A stretch of DNA of 63,714 nt, counting the filler, from Octopus bimaculoides (Eukaryota): assembly GCF_001194135.2 (NCBI RefSeq). It is 4 parts of 4 records of this genome, joined end to end, with 100 filler letters (N's around TTAATTAATTAA, not from the genome) between each part and the next. Parts side by side here need not be neighbours in the genome. Positions count along the whole stretch, not along the records: positions 38,863 to 63,714 come from NC_068989.1; 3 more parts are not named here. One strand, 5' to 3'. Below the pieces are notes generated by a model, which was not told where the DNA came from, did not search any database, and saw only the letters and a list, made by a program, of their open reading frames with translations. Both the position numbers and the translations under genes were made by a program. The first letter of the stretch is position 1. Every line of letters starts with the position of its first letter. Positions 61,644 to 63,714 of this stretch are shown piece by piece.

Positions 61644-63211
61644 CAGTGGTGGGTAAACTTTTCAGAGTAAGGGCCACATCAGTGGACCATGAAAATCAAA
61701 GGGCCACACCTTTTAAAATCATGTGGTGCACTTTAGAATAATGAAACATACAGACATCATGGTTAATAAAAACAAACAAATTCATAATCCAGCACAAGCA
61801 ATTTGATGGGGTAAATGTTTCTGGTCACAATTCTGCTTTACAATTCTTTTGAAGTCTGGCACAAGGTCACTGGTAGAAACTCTCATTACAGCATTTGAGT
61901 TTGTGTCTGACACCATGGACCTGTTCTTGGACTTATTTATCTTCATGCAGGAAAAACTCTGTTCACAGATGTAAGGGAAACCAAAAATAAAGAATAATCT
62001 GGCACCAGAATTTCTTAAACACAGAAAGCATTGAAAAGAGAGTGACTTGTAAAACTCTACTAATGGTAGGGAGTGAAAGAGTTCCTTCAATGAATGATCT
62101 GATTGAAATGTCTATCAATTCAAGCTGTAATTCATCAGGTGCTGCATCAATATCAGCAGAAAAAGAAGTTAATAAGTTGAATTTAAGTTCAATCTGTCTG
62201 AAATCCTCAAACCTTATTTGAAACTCTTCAGTCAAACTTCTCAATTGATCTTTAATTTTTGAACACACATTTGCAGGCACTTTCTCCTTTCCCAACAATG
62301 AAAAATGGGTGAACTTGTCCTCACTTGCTTGCCTTGAAAACAAGGATAATTTTGCTTGAAAAGATTTGATATGCTTAAATATTTCATGAGTCAAATGTTC
62401 CTTCCTCTGCAATTTCACATTTAGCTAATTCAACTTTTCAAAAACATCAGCTGCTAATGAATAACATACAAAATCTATACTTGCATCCCTCAGCTGTTGA
62501 GTCAATTCCTCACTGATTATTTCTGTGTCACATGACAGTCCTCCTTGATAATGAAATGTGTTTGAATCTACCTTTCATTTCTGGGTATACAACACTTGCA
62601 CAATCCATTATGCATTGTTTTATTAACTCGCCATCTGAGAATGGTTTGTTATGTCTTGAAATTTGGTATGCCACCATAAAACTTGCCTTCAACGCAGTAT
62701 TGTAAATTGATGATTGCTTCTTAAATAGAGTTTGTTGCTTGTTCAATTTTGCAACATATTCCACAGCCTTTTTCTTCTGTTCTTCATTGGTTATGTTATG
62801 TCCAAGATCCCCATGTTTTGTTTGATAGTGCCACTTCAAATTGTACACCTTTAACACAGCAGTTGTCTCTGCTTTATTCTTAGAACTGATGAAGAAATAC
62901 TTGTGTATCCATTCTTCATTAAATGCATGGCACTCATCCTCAATTTTACATTTTTTAGGAGGCATTATTTGTAGGGTGGAGAGATCACGTTGTTGTGCAG
63001 GTGACTATCAACAATAACTGCACATGCACAATATCATATGCATGCGCAAAAAGTATGTAACCAGTGGAAAATGGGGTGGCACTGAAAAAATTAGCCTAGG
63101 TTCAAGCACAAACATGTTGACTTTCACAAAAATTTATTGATTTTTTTTCCTAATTTGCTGCAGGCTTCCGCTGGTCACACAGAACCCCACAAAGGGCTAC
63201 AGTTTGCCCTG
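61644..63211 (-). mobile_element. hAT transposon (Charlie/SPIN/GTF2IRD2-like), internally deleted
   Basis: Terminus CAGTGGTGGGTAAACT and partial opposite end agtttgccc; N-terminal FNEEW..KYFF..LKWHY.TKH, KPFSDGELIKQC, ISLSRRTV joined to C-terminal KLN.LN.KLQ, F..RFEDF and YICEQSFS.MKINKSK.RS; catalytic middle missing. Confidence 0.88.
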
Positions 63212-63212
63212 T

Positions 63213-63440
63213 TCTATATCTATAAATTTCCTCTATGCATGGCCAAACCGCTGGATCAATCTGTAACAAATTTGGCATGAAGGTTTTACATTACTCAGGG
63301 AAGGTTCTGGAGCGGGGACAAATTTTAGCCCTTGCCCATATAGGAGGCTATAAACCCCCACCCCACGACCCTTCTGCATGTTCTCACCCGGCCACCAAAT
63401 TTTAAATTTTTAACTTTTTCTCAAATTTTTATTTTCAATC
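63213..63440 (+). mobile_element. Possible non-autonomous Helitron 5' part
   Basis: TCTATATCTATAAA start followed by aaaccgctggatcaatctgtaacaaatttggcatg, typical of Helitron-derived repeats; no 3' hairpin/CTAG recognised. Confidence 0.4.
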
Positions 63441-63714
63441 TATGGGGAAAAATATTGAGATTAAGAATATGGAAAAAACAATTTTTAATTTCAAATTTTC
63501 AATGAAGAACTCCAAAACTGATCCATACACCCCTTGCCACCCCATCCTGTTATCTAAAACTGAAAATGAACTAGTAAAATTCACAGCTAAATGTCTGGAA
63601 AATTTCTGTGTTTGTGTGTGCGCATGCACAACTTCTACAGCTTATGCAAATGAACAGAGAAAGTATATGTCAGTTTTGTTTTTTTGCTTTAAAGGTAAAT
63701 GATTCTGATAGAAG

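Overview
AT-rich, microsatellite-dense eukaryotic DNA with many assembly gaps. The repeat families and SSR load look like a coleoid cephalopod, probably Octopus; this is an inference. The only host gene I can support is the 3' two-thirds of ALG3 (Dol-P-Man:Man5GlcNAc2-PP-Dol alpha-1,3-mannosyltransferase) on the minus strand: six exons from 58236 to 44571, 876 nt in one open frame, ending in a KKxx ER-retrieval motif. One of its introns is a U12-type AT-AC minor-spliceosome intron (48322-50311). The rest is transposable-element debris: several tRNA-derived SINE families, RTE LINE pieces carrying a PHD finger, a Tx1/L1 5' half, an R4/Dong-like RLE fragment, a Penelope GIY-YIG fragment, an internally deleted Gypsy element with both LTRs, a full-length dead mariner, a maT-like fragment, a Charlie/SPIN-like hAT, piggyBac-like MITEs and Helitron/HINE-like elements. 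The most striking unexplained signal is about ten minimal type-I hammerhead-ribozyme-like motifs in several unrelated repeat contexts. They include a tRNA-head + (AAT)n + hammerhead SINE-like element, a hammerhead with a U3-A8 core variant at the tip of a ~140-nt hairpin, and a double-core motif just 3' of the Penelope ORF. Together these suggest Penelope-associated or retrozyme-like RNA families. All structures were read by eye; nothing was computed or searched.
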